Origin: Parachlamydiales bacterium
GTDB lineage: Bacteria > Chlamydiota > Chlamydiia > Chlamydiales > Parachlamydiaceae
Reading direction: 5' to 3'
Assembly (NCBI GenBank): GCA_020051075.1
Contig: JAGVJP010000045.1
Location: 1 to 52,469, forward strand
DNA length: 52,469 bases
In this document: piece by piece, positions 42,001 through 50,796 of the stretch
How positions within the stretch are numbered: the first letter of the stretch is position 1
Layout of the letters: every line of letters begins with the position of its first letter
Translations under genes and position numbers: made by a program
Notes under the pieces: generated by a model
Databases searched by the model: none
Seen by the model: only the letters and a program-made list of their open reading frames with translations
What the model was told of the DNA's origin: nothing

Positions 42001-44146
42001 GATCAAGGCTAATAACTTGATGTACGTGCCATTCCAAAGAGTGATGGAGGCAGAGAAAGGCGGAGCAGCATCAGGCGCAGGCAGAATCCAAGCTGGCAAG
42101 CCGATCAAGCGTATGAAAGGTTCTACCCGTGACATCATTGCACCTGTAGAGTCGATTCTGAAGAACACCTATTCCATCATCATGAATGCTGAGAAGAATA
42201 TGGCAGGCCAAACCCTAGCTAAGATCGCTAAGATGAAAGATACTGGCGCATATGTAGAGCAGCTACCAACACCTATTAAGCTCAAGGGCAAGATAGAAGG
42301 CGAGCAGGTAGCAAGAGATCTTGCAAAGCGATTCGAGCAAGAAGGACTAGACGATCTGATTGAATACGACGCTGACGGAAAGCCTGTGCTAAGAGAAGAC
42401 ATCGCGGATGCTATACCAGACGTTTTCTTGAAGTTTGGTGCTGGTCAATACCCAGCAGGTGAGAACATCGTCACTGTCTTCTTTGATGGAAAGCCTCGAT
42501 ACTACCAAGTATCACCTGAGATTTATGAAATGTGGAGCAAGGGCCTTGCGCCTTATACAGCTGGACTACTCACTAAGATCTTACGTATCCCTGCAAAGAC
42601 ATTGAGAGCTGGAGCTATCCTCAATCCTAAATTCGTCCAGAAGAACTTCATTCGAGACACCTGGGGCAATTGGTTATTCACGAAGTATGGCAGATCGATC
42701 AAAGATCCAGCAGGCTTATTCATCGATACCATTTATAGCCCATTTTCTATGCTTGCAACGGCAGCAGGAAAAGGCAAGCTCTATGTCGAGTGGTTGAAGT
42801 CTGGTGGTGGAATGTCTACGATGCAAAGCTTGGATCGGAACACAATTGTGAAGAAGCTCGATGAAGTAAGACATGGCAAAAACAAATATAATGTCGTCAA
42901 TTGGCTTAGACAAGCAGGAGAAATCAGCGAAGAGATGAACCGTCTTTCTGAGTTCGGCAAAGCTTTAGCCGTGGAAGGAAACACCCGACTTGGTCGAGAG
43001 ATAGCCGCTTTTGCAGCAAGAGACCTGAGTATTGACTTTGCTAAGATTGGACTTCAAACCAAGGTGTTGAATCAGATTATTCCATTCTGGAATGCAACGG
43101 TTCAAGGCGGAGACAAGCTCATCCGCACTTTGGTTAATCCGGCAGATAGGAAGAACTTCCTACCAAGGATTCTCGGGTTCATTGTGATTCCTAGCTTGAT
43201 GCTTGCGTGGCTTAACAAAGATGATGAGAACGTCAAGGAATTCTACGAAGAAGAAAAGGATTTCAACTTCATTGTGCCTGTTAATGGTCAGTACTTGAAA
43301 ATTCCGGTTCCGTTCGAGACAGGTGTGATTGCACATGGATTGACTCAGCGCATGTTCAATTACTTCATGAAGAAAGATCCTGAAGCATTTGAAGGATTCA
43401 TGGGCAGCGTCATAGATGCGATGTCACCTAGCTTTACACCGGCATTTGCAAGCCCATTAATAGAAACCTGGGCCAACAAGAACTTCTTCACTAACTCTCG
43501 AATCATTCCTCATGGCAAAGAAGACTTGATAAGCAAGTATCAATATAAGAATCATACTTCAAGCACAGCTAGGCTTCTTGGCCGTGCAATGAGTTACATG
43601 CTTGGCCAGGATACAAGATCAAAGGCAGCATCACCGGCGATCATCGATCACTTCATTAATTCTTGGGGTGGTGGTCTCGGTCAGCTCATGATCAAGATCT
43701 CAAATGCTTCTCTGGAATCAGCTGGGTTCATCGATAAAATACAAGGACCAACAGAATCGGTTACGGAAATGTTAGGTCTTGACGCTTTCTCTGCAAGATT
43801 TCCCCGAGCAAGCACAAGGTCTATCGAGAAATTCTACGACAACTATGCTAATGCGACATCCCGAATCAAGTCATTCAAGCACGCTGAAAAGATGGATATC
43901 GAATCGGAAGCAGATCTTGAAAAGGCTTACAAGCGTTTCGATAAGATCTACGACTATGGAACGCTTCAAAGCTCATACAAGGCAATGCAAGCATGTCAGA
44001 GAGAGATAAATAACATCTGGAATGACCCTAGCATTACACCAGATCTCAAGAAGCAATTCATCGACGATTTGTATCTGGAGATGATCCAATTCGCAAAAGC
44101 GGCTAACGAAGACATTCGGAAGTATCGCATGACACGAGAAAAGTAG
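39077..44146 (+). CDS. Large polyvalent protein: two zincin-like HExxH domains and an LPD38-like C-terminal domain; candidate internal virion/ejection protein
   Basis: HEAIH (aa 537) with downstream EEISA; HEIGH (aa 683) with downstream EGFAEF; IDFAKIG...IIPFWNATVQG...YLKIPVPFETG...PLIETWANKNFFTNSRIIP...SPAIIDHFI. Confidence 0.8.
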   Translation: MTAAFDQRFQKIKNEPNSFEDRFRKLSSESGQTPSNSKNQGKQPSFEDRFNQLAKPSFEDQILEQLQSYALPSEEEPEEQSFLDKFTPKPYGKPVYFEEKSPEEREKMSAYDRMQYAKDLSTEREMRQSKGFTKGILSGGTLGATEHIPGLKPDEEDLMVGLGETIGSYLPIAKLYNYIGKPLVSLAAKSPIAKQGLQALARMTGFGLTGATHKAGKTLIQGEIPEPKELLKEGATWAAIDGVLQTLGLGVAFQQSVSRIAEQEGVTAKEVLSKLWDSTKNYVKYKFGRPLKSEVLPEDIEVLFEKAKAAETSGLAEAEIEVSPVGNAKPKEPITKPKAETELAEFKRPEGKEPTKELSLPENAVLEKPEHVSTGAQAGKSVATIPVREEDENGKEFYSHKAIPLTQEEKELIDASNAWSKAGDEGESSKLAEQARQMIFNRLKKQPEQPVKEELPENEPKYTESGVQKYFPDGKVGDYIKSPEVREALKDVLEYPIRFAHKNIVPGGLYVKNEPITISKDYDHPGGDYRANEVVLHEAIHALQDRKGRLPVRLTHGEKQPYKERPEEISANKFTDWATVKEREFNERAKKSKRLTETEETLASKTATNKPTQVHPKQTRPRQPVVGKKQAVARSKIIDLFRKAFNDPIRLGKIKQKNAAGIHKLWPKVTRLLKDNDVETAAHEIGHNLHTTLYGGNAKTPQEQTRNIESALTPYLDELKPLAHYEPWGMEGFAEFTRLYVTNPDIAKELAPKFYEKFESDLGAQYPEMKNALLEARDYYDKYLHGTPQSRIRAQTSYGEDKGRLANIVDWVKDNLNLDKLKTQFLDDVFPAKRLVAEAFGIPLHEVENLKDPRNLYRSLRVLKGAVGKGDVFVLHETFNARTLDKVNGSLRSILKKLPNEESYREFNDYLIARRSIEKAGQKVDTGINLGDAVAVEEELRPKYGDLAKELDKYNDTLLRYARDSGLLSSEQYQMIKANNLMYVPFQRVMEAEKGGAASGAGRIQAGKPIKRMKGSTRDIIAPVESILKNTYSIIMNAEKNMAGQTLAKIAKMKDTGAYVEQLPTPIKLKGKIEGEQVARDLAKRFEQEGLDDLIEYDADGKPVLREDIADAIPDVFLKFGAGQYPAGENIVTVFFDGKPRYYQVSPEIYEMWSKGLAPYTAGLLTKILRIPAKTLRAGAILNPKFVQKNFIRDTWGNWLFTKYGRSIKDPAGLFIDTIYSPFSMLATAAGKGKLYVEWLKSGGGMSTMQSLDRNTIVKKLDEVRHGKNKYNVVNWLRQAGEISEEMNRLSEFGKALAVEGNTRLGREIAAFAARDLSIDFAKIGLQTKVLNQIIPFWNATVQGGDKLIRTLVNPADRKNFLPRILGFIVIPSLMLAWLNKDDENVKEFYEEEKDFNFIVPVNGQYLKIPVPFETGVIAHGLTQRMFNYFMKKDPEAFEGFMGSVIDAMSPSFTPAFASPLIETWANKNFFTNSRIIPHGKEDLISKYQYKNHTSSTARLLGRAMSYMLGQDTRSKAASPAIIDHFINSWGGGLGQLMIKISNASLESAGFIDKIQGPTESVTEMLGLDAFSARFPRASTRSIEKFYDNYANATSRIKSFKHAEKMDIESEADLEKAYKRFDKIYDYGTLQSSYKAMQACQREINNIWNDPSITPDLKKQFIDDLYLEMIQFAKAANEDIRKYRMTREK

Positions 44147-44157
44147 ATAATAGGAGA

Positions 44158-44190
44158 GCTGCGAGACTTCAGGCTCGCAGCAAGTTTTTT
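44158..44190 (+). terminator. Intrinsic terminator after the polyvalent-protein gene
   Basis: GCTGCGAG-8 nt-CTCGCAGC followed by AAGTTTTTT. Confidence 0.55.
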
Positions 44191-44404
44191 ATCCTACTAT
44201 ATTCATAAGTTCTTTCTGAAGATTTTTCTGATCTCTATGCGCGCATTTTGCAAAATACTTATCACGCTGTTTCAGGTCCTTTGCAGCTTGATTTATTTGA
44301 ATTTTATTATATTGTTTTAGATCCTTTGCAGCCTGCTTTATTTGCATCTTATCGCGATCTTTGGCCATCCGGACTAGAGCTTTATCAATTGGACTCAATG
44401 CCAT
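44189..44404 (-). CDS. Small basic protein with an internal duplication
   Basis: 71 aa; QIKQAAKDLKQ / QINQAAKDLKQ; strong SD AAAGGAGG. Confidence 0.6.
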   Translation of the reverse strand: MALSPIDKALVRMAKDRDKMQIKQAAKDLKQYNKIQINQAAKDLKQRDKYFAKCAHRDQKNLQKELMNIVG

Positions 44405-44591
44405 GATAGCCTCCTTTAATATTAAAACGAGATTTTATCTCTTGTCCGGTAATGTACCAATGTTTTCCAAGCTTTGTTGCCTTTATTTTATTTTCCCTTA
44501 AAAGTAGGCGTACACTTGAAATCGGAAGGCTTAAGATTTTGCTTAACTCAGGCACTTTATACAGCCTGTGGTTGTCTATGCTTAAATGCAT
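44385..44591 (-). CDS. HTH_17 / excisionase-family DNA-binding protein
   Basis: LYKVPELSKILSLPISSVRLLLRENKIKATKLGKHWYI; SD AAGGAG before ATG 44591. Confidence 0.8.
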   Translation of the reverse strand: MHLSIDNHRLYKVPELSKILSLPISSVRLLLRENKIKATKLGKHWYITGQEIKSRFNIKGGYHGIESN

Positions 44592-45074
44592 ATATTTCTC
44601 CTTGAGAAAATTTCCTTTGCCATCACAACCTAACATAAAATCGGTTAACTTGACTGATTCGAATGATAGAGCACAATGCTAAACCATCTATAATGGACTC
44701 AAAAACAAGTAAACCGTAAAAAATATAGAAAATGCATTTCTAATTGAGTTGAAGATAGAATGGAGTGCCGAAAACACGACTTGACTTGTAGGCGAATGGA
44801 ATGGCTGTTTTAGCAGTGTAAACCATTCACAATGCTATTTCGGCGAAGCCTCTGATCCAATGCCATACTCAGAATGAGTTAAGAAAACTTAACATCAATT
44901 AAGATTTCTTGCAATCCAATTCCTTCAGGTATTTGCAGTTTAAGGGGTGGAAGGGGGTATCCGTCAATGCATTCCTTTTGAGACATATTTTAAAGTAGAT
45001 TCCAGAGGTTTTTTCTGATAGTTGTTCAGTATTGTCATGCGGTGAAAAACACATGGGTTATAGTAAAATATTTA

Positions 45075-45190
45075 TATATCACAATTATATGTAATACAGC
45101 AATTACTTTCTTTACAGAAAATACCCTGCATGCTGATAATACCTGTATTTTCTTCATTTATGTGTAAGCTGGTAAATATGTCAATACAGC
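45075..45190. repeat. Degenerate 9-bp tandem array, candidate centromere (parS/parC)
   Basis: TAC/TAT/TGC core at 45077, 45086, 45095, 45104, 45113, 45122, 45131, 45140 (exact 9-bp period), decaying to ~45190. Confidence 0.5.
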
Positions 45191-45267
45191 CTAGATGATT
45201 GAGAAAATGTACTTAGGATGATCGAGAGGTCATTTAATTCAATTTGAAAACTAACTTAAGGAATATT

Positions 45268-45723
45268 ATGAAAAAATTAACAGCAATGATGTTTGTGACT
45301 ATGTTTTTGACTTTTTCACTGTGTGCAGATCAATCTAATAATGAAATGCATGAAAATTTTAGCAAATTAGGTCAGTCCATTCCCTCAAATGAAGAGTCTT
45401 CGAGTGAAGATATCGATACTATGATGAAAGATCTTTTTGGATCTGGTGTAAGGTTAAAAAAAAGAAATCCGACTACTTCTTACGCTATTTCATATCAATA
45501 TACTGTTGATGGTTGGTTACAACAGGTTGCTGAATACGAAGATAGTACTATATATACAAACATGGCAGGCCCGAGAAGAGGTGCTCAGTTCATTATAGCT
45601 GATAATGGAGCTCTCATGGATATGCGTAATGAATTCACAGAGCACAGAAGTTATTTCAGTCATAAATACACCTGGGCGGAAATAAGAACCCATGAGAACC
45701 ATCAAACTGTTGTTTTTAAATAG
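45268..45723 (+). CDS. Secreted hypothetical protein
   Basis: Signal peptide MKKLTAMMFVTMFLTFSLCA; SD AAGGA. Confidence 0.7.
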   Translation: MKKLTAMMFVTMFLTFSLCADQSNNEMHENFSKLGQSIPSNEESSSEDIDTMMKDLFGSGVRLKKRNPTTSYAISYQYTVDGWLQQVAEYEDSTIYTNMAGPRRGAQFIIADNGALMDMRNEFTEHRSYFSHKYTWAEIRTHENHQTVVFK

Positions 45724-45752
45724 TAAGTAGGGGCTTCTCTCTACAATTTATG

Positions 45753-46136
45753 TTATTTTATTGGACGTCCGGGCTTAAGCTCGGACCGTCTTTTCTGGAA
45801 TGGCTTTCCATTCTTTGCTTCCGCGATTGAAAGAGCAGCTTTTAAGGCTTCTTCCACGAATTGAGCTACTGTCAGTCGATCCCAATAAACGCAATTCTTT
45901 ACTCTCTCAATAGTGTCCTTGCTAATTTGGACCGTCATACGTTCTTTTTCTTGAGATTTTTGCCTTTCAGGAACATTAAGAGAACTTAGTTGATTTCGCT
46001 TGTTTCCATTCAAGTTCATGTTCTTCGTAGACTTTTCAATCTTCTGTGTTGGCTTCGTCAAGAAGTCGATAGGGTTGCCATTAAGCTGATCCATTAAATC
46101 ACTTCCAATTTTAGTCTTTCTTTCATTTTTACTCAT
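45753..46136 (-). CDS. Ribbon-helix-helix partition adaptor (ParG/CopG-like)
   Basis: Flexible N-terminus, then KERMTVQISKDTIERVK...TVAQFVEEAL; ATGA overlap with parA. Confidence 0.7.
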   Translation of the reverse strand: MSKNERKTKIGSDLMDQLNGNPIDFLTKPTQKIEKSTKNMNLNGNKRNQLSSLNVPERQKSQEKERMTVQISKDTIERVKNCVYWDRLTVAQFVEEALKAALSIAEAKNGKPFQKRRSELKPGRPIK

Positions 46137-46894
46137 TTGTTAAGCCCTCGTTTCATAATTAATTTAGCCAACGCACGGAAATCCTCCGCACCTGCTCCTT
46201 TCGGATCATAAACAGAGATAGGTTCGCAAAATGATGGACATTCAGCTAACTTGATGCTCTCTCGAATGTAGACTGGAAGAAGCTTATCACCTAGTCGCTT
46301 CTTTAGCTCTAACAGCACATCCTGAGATAATCTGGTTCTCTTATCAAAACGACAAGGCAATATCCCGAGGATTTCTAAGTCTGGATTAAGCCTTTCACGA
46401 ACCACCTGAATCTTCTTTGTGACTTGCATAAGGCCTTGAAGAGCCATGATTCTTGTTTCAACTGGAATGAGAACAGAATGTGCTGCACTCATAGCATTCA
46501 AAGACAAAAGCCCTAACGAAGGTGGAGTGTCAATCAAGCAATAGTCCCAACTCTTCCCAAGCTTTCGAAGATGATTCTTCAATATCATTTCGGCCCCAGC
46601 TTCTGATGAAAGCGTCTTATCAGCACCAACTAACCACTGGCTAGCGGGAATAACATCTAACCCTGTAAACCTGGATTTGACGATAATATCAGTAATACTG
46701 ATATTTTCTGTAAAGACATTAAATAAGCCTTTGGAATCATTCTGGCATTTGAGCCACAAACTGCTCGAGCCCTGAGGGTTAAGATCGATAACGAGAACCC
46801 TCTTTTTCTTCTCAGCCAAAGCAGCAGCTAGGTTTACTGTAAGGGTCGATTTTCCGCAACCACCCTTCTGATTCGCTATCGTGATTATTTGCAT
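46133..46894 (-). CDS. parA: ParA/Soj-family ATPase
   Basis: NQKGGCGKST deviant Walker A, IDTPPSLG, IRESIKLAECPS. Confidence 0.93.
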   Translation of the reverse strand: MQIITIANQKGGCGKSTLTVNLAAALAEKKKRVLVIDLNPQGSSSLWLKCQNDSKGLFNVFTENISITDIIVKSRFTGLDVIPASQWLVGADKTLSSEAGAEMILKNHLRKLGKSWDYCLIDTPPSLGLLSLNAMSAAHSVLIPVETRIMALQGLMQVTKKIQVVRERLNPDLEILGILPCRFDKRTRLSQDVLLELKKRLGDKLLPVYIRESIKLAECPSFCEPISVYDPKGAGAEDFRALAKLIMKRGLNK

Positions 46895-47071
46895 GTTTTA
46901 CCAAAAATACTTCCATTTACCGGATTACTGATCATCGAGTCATTCATTGGCTGTCACGCCACCGGACGGTACCGTTACAGACAGATAATCACATAAATAC
47001 ACTCTTGACTATTTGGGACCACTTTAATATCATCTCCGCGAATTAATATTCAATCAAAACGATGGAAGATC

Positions 47072-47752
47072 ATGGAAGTCATTGGTTACATTAGAGTAAG
47101 TACAGATCAGCAAGCCGACTCAGGGCTAGGCCTGGAAGCACAAATCAAGTCTATGAAGGATTATGCTAATAAATCAGGCAGTGAAATCAGCCATATTTTC
47201 CGCGATGAGGGAATTAGTGGAGCATCATCGATAGAAGAACGCCCGGGCCTTATGGAGGCTATTAACAGACTAAAGAAAGGGGATATCCTGCTCGTTGCAA
47301 AGCGTGATCGTTTGGCACGAGGCGATCAAATGGTTCTCATTCAAATGGCGGTTAACAAAAAGAAAGCGAAAATTATCAGCTGTGCTGATGAAGGGACACA
47401 AGGCGATCAAGACGACCCTATGTCCTATATGATGCGTGGAATGACTGACCTATTTGCAGGATTCGAGCGTCTATTGATCAAATCCAGAACGAAATCAGCT
47501 TTACGTGCAAAAAAAGATCGTGGTGAGCGAGTTGGACACATTCCATTTGGATACAGACTATCCAAAGACGAAATTCATCTAGAAGAAAACGAACTAGAAC
47601 AAAGCATCCTAAATCAAATAAGAGAATTACGAGAAAGCGGTTTTTCAATTCGGAAAATAGCCTTTGAAATGAACAAAAGAGGAGCTTTTAACAGAGGACA
47701 GGCAGAATGGAATCACGCAAGCATTCATCGTATGCTAAAGATGGCAGCTTAG
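47072..47752 (+). CDS. Serine recombinase / resolvase
   Basis: GYIRVSTDQQ, DEGISGA, RPGL, KRDRLAR, FERLLIKSRT, IPFGY. Confidence 0.93.
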   Translation: MEVIGYIRVSTDQQADSGLGLEAQIKSMKDYANKSGSEISHIFRDEGISGASSIEERPGLMEAINRLKKGDILLVAKRDRLARGDQMVLIQMAVNKKKAKIISCADEGTQGDQDDPMSYMMRGMTDLFAGFERLLIKSRTKSALRAKKDRGERVGHIPFGYRLSKDEIHLEENELEQSILNQIRELRESGFSIRKIAFEMNKRGAFNRGQAEWNHASIHRMLKMAA

Positions 47753-48147
47753 AGAAGAAGTTAGATCAGTTAATCGATGATATAAAAAAGCTTCCAAACA
47801 AGCGACAGAAGTTATTGGAAGACTTAATGAAAGACCGTCTTTACGACTCCAAAGAAGCATGTGAGATCTTATCAATCTCTTTACCATCACTGCGTCGATC
47901 TATCAAAATTGGACGCATAAAAACGGTTTACGTAGGCAAATATCTACGCATACCAGCCCATGAGATTAATCGCCTAGTTAAAGGTGAAGAAGTTCTCACT
48001 GTTGAAGAAGCAGCAAGCATCCTGAATGTCGGAAAAATAATGATCAGGAATCTGATCAAGTCCGGTCAGATGGAAGCCTTCAGATTTGCCGATAAGGGTC
48101 CATTTAAGATTCCAAGAAAAGAGGTCGAGAAATTCATGAAGGGCTAA
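47707..48147 (+). CDS. Tandem HTH_17 (excisionase-type) DNA-binding protein; start may be ATG ~47827
   Basis: LYDSKEACEILSISLPSLRR... and LTVEEAASILNVGKIMIRNLIKSG. Confidence 0.8.
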   Translation: MESRKHSSYAKDGSLEKKLDQLIDDIKKLPNKRQKLLEDLMKDRLYDSKEACEILSISLPSLRRSIKIGRIKTVYVGKYLRIPAHEINRLVKGEEVLTVEEAASILNVGKIMIRNLIKSGQMEAFRFADKGPFKIPRKEVEKFMKG

Positions 48148-48219
48148 ACATCAACGGAATAAGTTCATGGCCAAAATACAAAAGGTCAAGTAATCCCGGC
48201 TGTGAAAATGATGAAGGGA

Positions 48220-48603
48220 TTAGTTTCTCGCTTCGGGAGTTTTGGGATTTGATGACATGACAACATGTATTGCTGGCAAAGTTGTCTGAACAGTATGTCT
48301 CTTCAACGTTAGTTCAATGTCATAGTTTAAATTATTCAAAAATTTCATGAGTCTTTCGATCGTAAATTCAGAAAGCAATCCTCTAATGATTTTGGAAACT
48401 TTAGGTTGATCAATTCCGATGATTTCAGCTGCTTCTTGCTGGGTCCTATTGTTCTCTTTAATGATAGCTGTAATCGCCATTGCGAGTCCTGCTTTTGTGT
48501 CCGCTTCTTGAGGATTGGGAAACCCGAAATCAGAGTAGACATTTCCTGAACCGATTGTATATTCAATCTCTTCAGCTTTATTTTTTTGTTTTCTTTTTTC
48601 CAT
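48220..48603 (-). CDS. XRE-family HTH antitoxin (HigA-like)
   Basis: GSGNVYSDFGF, TQQEAAEIIGIDQPKVSKI, FTIERLMKFL. Confidence 0.88.
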   Translation of the reverse strand: MEKRKQKNKAEEIEYTIGSGNVYSDFGFPNPQEADTKAGLAMAITAIIKENNRTQQEAAEIIGIDQPKVSKIIRGLLSEFTIERLMKFLNNLNYDIELTLKRHTVQTTLPAIHVVMSSNPKTPEARN

Positions 48604-48845
48604 AAAGTTCCTTTTGAATGGCCTCTACCCACTTTAATCTTTGGTTGATCAAGTCCATATCTGGTTTAGGGGTTGCAATACCTTTCTTGCTTTTTTTCTG
48701 AAAGATATGCAGCACATAAATTGCTTCGTCAAATCGCACCGTATAAACCTCTCTGAATGTGCTATTTCTTTCATCGGCTACGACTTCCATTATACCCGAT
48801 CATTAAACCCTTTCAAAGGCTTTGCATCTTCATGTTGGGCTCCTT
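48578..48845 (-). pseudogene. RelE/HigB (Gp49-like) toxin remnant, 5'-truncated and frameshifted
   Basis: GAQHEDAKPLKGF in one frame, then SGIMEVV...VYTVRFDEAIYVLHIFQKKSKKGIATPK in another (shift ~48800); no homologous N-terminus upstream. Confidence 0.75.
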
Positions 48846-49033
48846 CAAGAATTAATTTACTTACAATAAATATTATCGAAAACACATCCTATGCAATACA
48901 TTGCACCTCTGAAATGTTCGGTTTTTCTAAAATGAATTTCAATCATTAAATACAGCAAATACATGTTTGAAGAAATTACTTAAACGTATATCATATTCGT
49001 AATTATGATTGAAAAATATAATTTGGTGGATCA

Positions 49034-50110
49034 ATGAAATTATTAAAGAAAAGTGTTTTTATTTTAGCTACGGTTGTGTTTTTCTTCTGTCATGTAGTTT
49101 TAGAAGCATTCACATTAAAACACATGGTTGTTGATCTTGGTACTTTAGAGAGTGATGAAAGTGTTGCCTATGCGATAAACGATTTTGATCAGGTTGTTGG
49201 AACATACAAACTTAATGGAACTTCTTATGTATTTTTATGGAGCCAGAAAGAAGGGGTCTCTTTCGTTGATTTGCCAATTTCATCGACCCCAAAAGTAATC
49301 AACAACAACAAACAAATTGCAGGGCAGTATAAAGAAAACGGGTTTGAAAGAGGTTTTTTTTATGATCCTGTTACGGGATTTTGCGATATTGGTTCTTTAG
49401 GGGGAGCAAATACTTGGGTAATGGACATGAACGCCAAAGGACAGGTAGTAGGCTATTCAGAAACTGGAAACCTAAGCCATTTACGTAATAGCACTAAAGA
49501 GATTCATGCATTTATTTGGTTCGAAGGAGCAATGAATGATCTCGGAGTATTACATGGGGGTATTGGTTTAGGAGGAGATGAAAGTGTAGCTGTAGGAATA
49601 AGTGATCATGGAGATATCGTAGGCTATTCTAACTACACATTAGTTTATAAAGGTAAAACATTATCTAGCGTTTATAAAGGAGTATCGTGGAAAAACGGGC
49701 CTGCGGAAGAACTTTTTCCAGAAACTCAACCATCTTATTTTAGTAAAGCTTTGTCTATCAGCAGGGATGGGAAAATCACCCTTGTTCGTCAAATAGAATC
49801 AAATCGCTTTGAATCTCTGATGTACGATCCACTTACAAAAAATATAAAACTTTTTGGAACGTCTAGTGGTGGGCCTCCTCACGGTGTTATAAAAAATAAC
49901 GATAAGGATGTTATCATTCACAGTTATTTGGGTCATTGCATAGTATCAAAACAGGAGTCAGGTGGGTACAATGGTATTCAAATAATCCCTTCAAATCCTT
50001 TTTGGAATAAATTCGAAGTTTTCTATGGAATTAACAACGCAAACAAAATGGTTGGAAAAGCAAAAAGTATGTATGGAGAATGTCATGCAGTACTTGTTAT
50101 TCTAGAGTAA
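49034..50110 (+). CDS. Secreted HAF-repeat protein
   Basis: Signal peptide; DLGTLESDESVAYAINDFDQVVG, DIGSLGG...MNAKGQVVGYS, HAFIW...DLGVL. Confidence 0.85.
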   Translation: MKLLKKSVFILATVVFFFCHVVLEAFTLKHMVVDLGTLESDESVAYAINDFDQVVGTYKLNGTSYVFLWSQKEGVSFVDLPISSTPKVINNNKQIAGQYKENGFERGFFYDPVTGFCDIGSLGGANTWVMDMNAKGQVVGYSETGNLSHLRNSTKEIHAFIWFEGAMNDLGVLHGGIGLGGDESVAVGISDHGDIVGYSNYTLVYKGKTLSSVYKGVSWKNGPAEELFPETQPSYFSKALSISRDGKITLVRQIESNRFESLMYDPLTKNIKLFGTSSGGPPHGVIKNNDKDVIIHSYLGHCIVSKQESGGYNGIQIIPSNPFWNKFEVFYGINNANKMVGKAKSMYGECHAVLVILE

Positions 50111-50342
50111 CTCGAAATATCAATTATGGAGCAGATATTAACTTGCTTGATGGTTCTAGTAAAATCCCATAAATTCTAGCCATTGAGAAAAATAATTTGG
50201 AGATGGTAAAGCTCTTCTTTTCGTTTGAGCAATCCCTATTAATTCCCCAAGGGACTTTTGAGAAGGACCTTCGCGATTCAGAGAACCACGAAAACAATCG
50301 TCCAATTTGGCAGATCACTAAAATTCTCCTGAATGAAATCTT

Positions 50343-50783
50343 CTATAGATACTTAGAGTTTAATGCGGAATCTACAGAGAGGTTCGGAAATATTCTCTTT
50401 AATAGCGAGAGAGTTTTCAACGAAGGATTGCATTTTTTGCTTTCCAATCTTTGATAGCTATAAATATTATCAAATCCTAGCTTCTCTGCAACTTCTTTTT
50501 GTGTAAGACCTTGTTGAATTCTGTTGTATCTAACCATGAATGCAAAAGCGATTGAAGTGTCTACAGGGACTTCTACAACGCTACGCGATAGAGTAATAGT
50601 GTCATCAGGGAGAGGAGCCAATTTTTTTGAATCTTCTGGTTCTTCAATATAAAGATTCAGAGCCTCTTCCATATTTCTCCGTAGCTCCTCCATAGAATCA
50701 GCTTGAGTGAAGCATCCCGACAATTCAATACACTCTGCCCAGAATCCTTTTCCTTCTCTGTGTACTTTGAAATGATATTTCAT
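50343..50783 (-). CDS. hicB: HicB antitoxin with C-terminal XRE HTH
   Basis: FWAECIELSGCFTQADSMEELRRNMEEAL; GLTQKEVAEKLG. Confidence 0.9.
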   Translation of the reverse strand: MKYHFKVHREGKGFWAECIELSGCFTQADSMEELRRNMEEALNLYIEEPEDSKKLAPLPDDTITLSRSVVEVPVDTSIAFAFMVRYNRIQQGLTQKEVAEKLGFDNIYSYQRLESKKCNPSLKTLSLLKRIFPNLSVDSALNSKYL

Positions 50784-50796
50784 AGGTTGAATTCCT

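Noticed and set aside
39077..44146. Polymorphic toxin or virion RNA polymerase
   Set aside because: No RHS/haemagglutinin repeats, no obvious immunity gene, and no polymerase motifs seen; HExxH plus LPD38-like features fit a polyvalent protein better.
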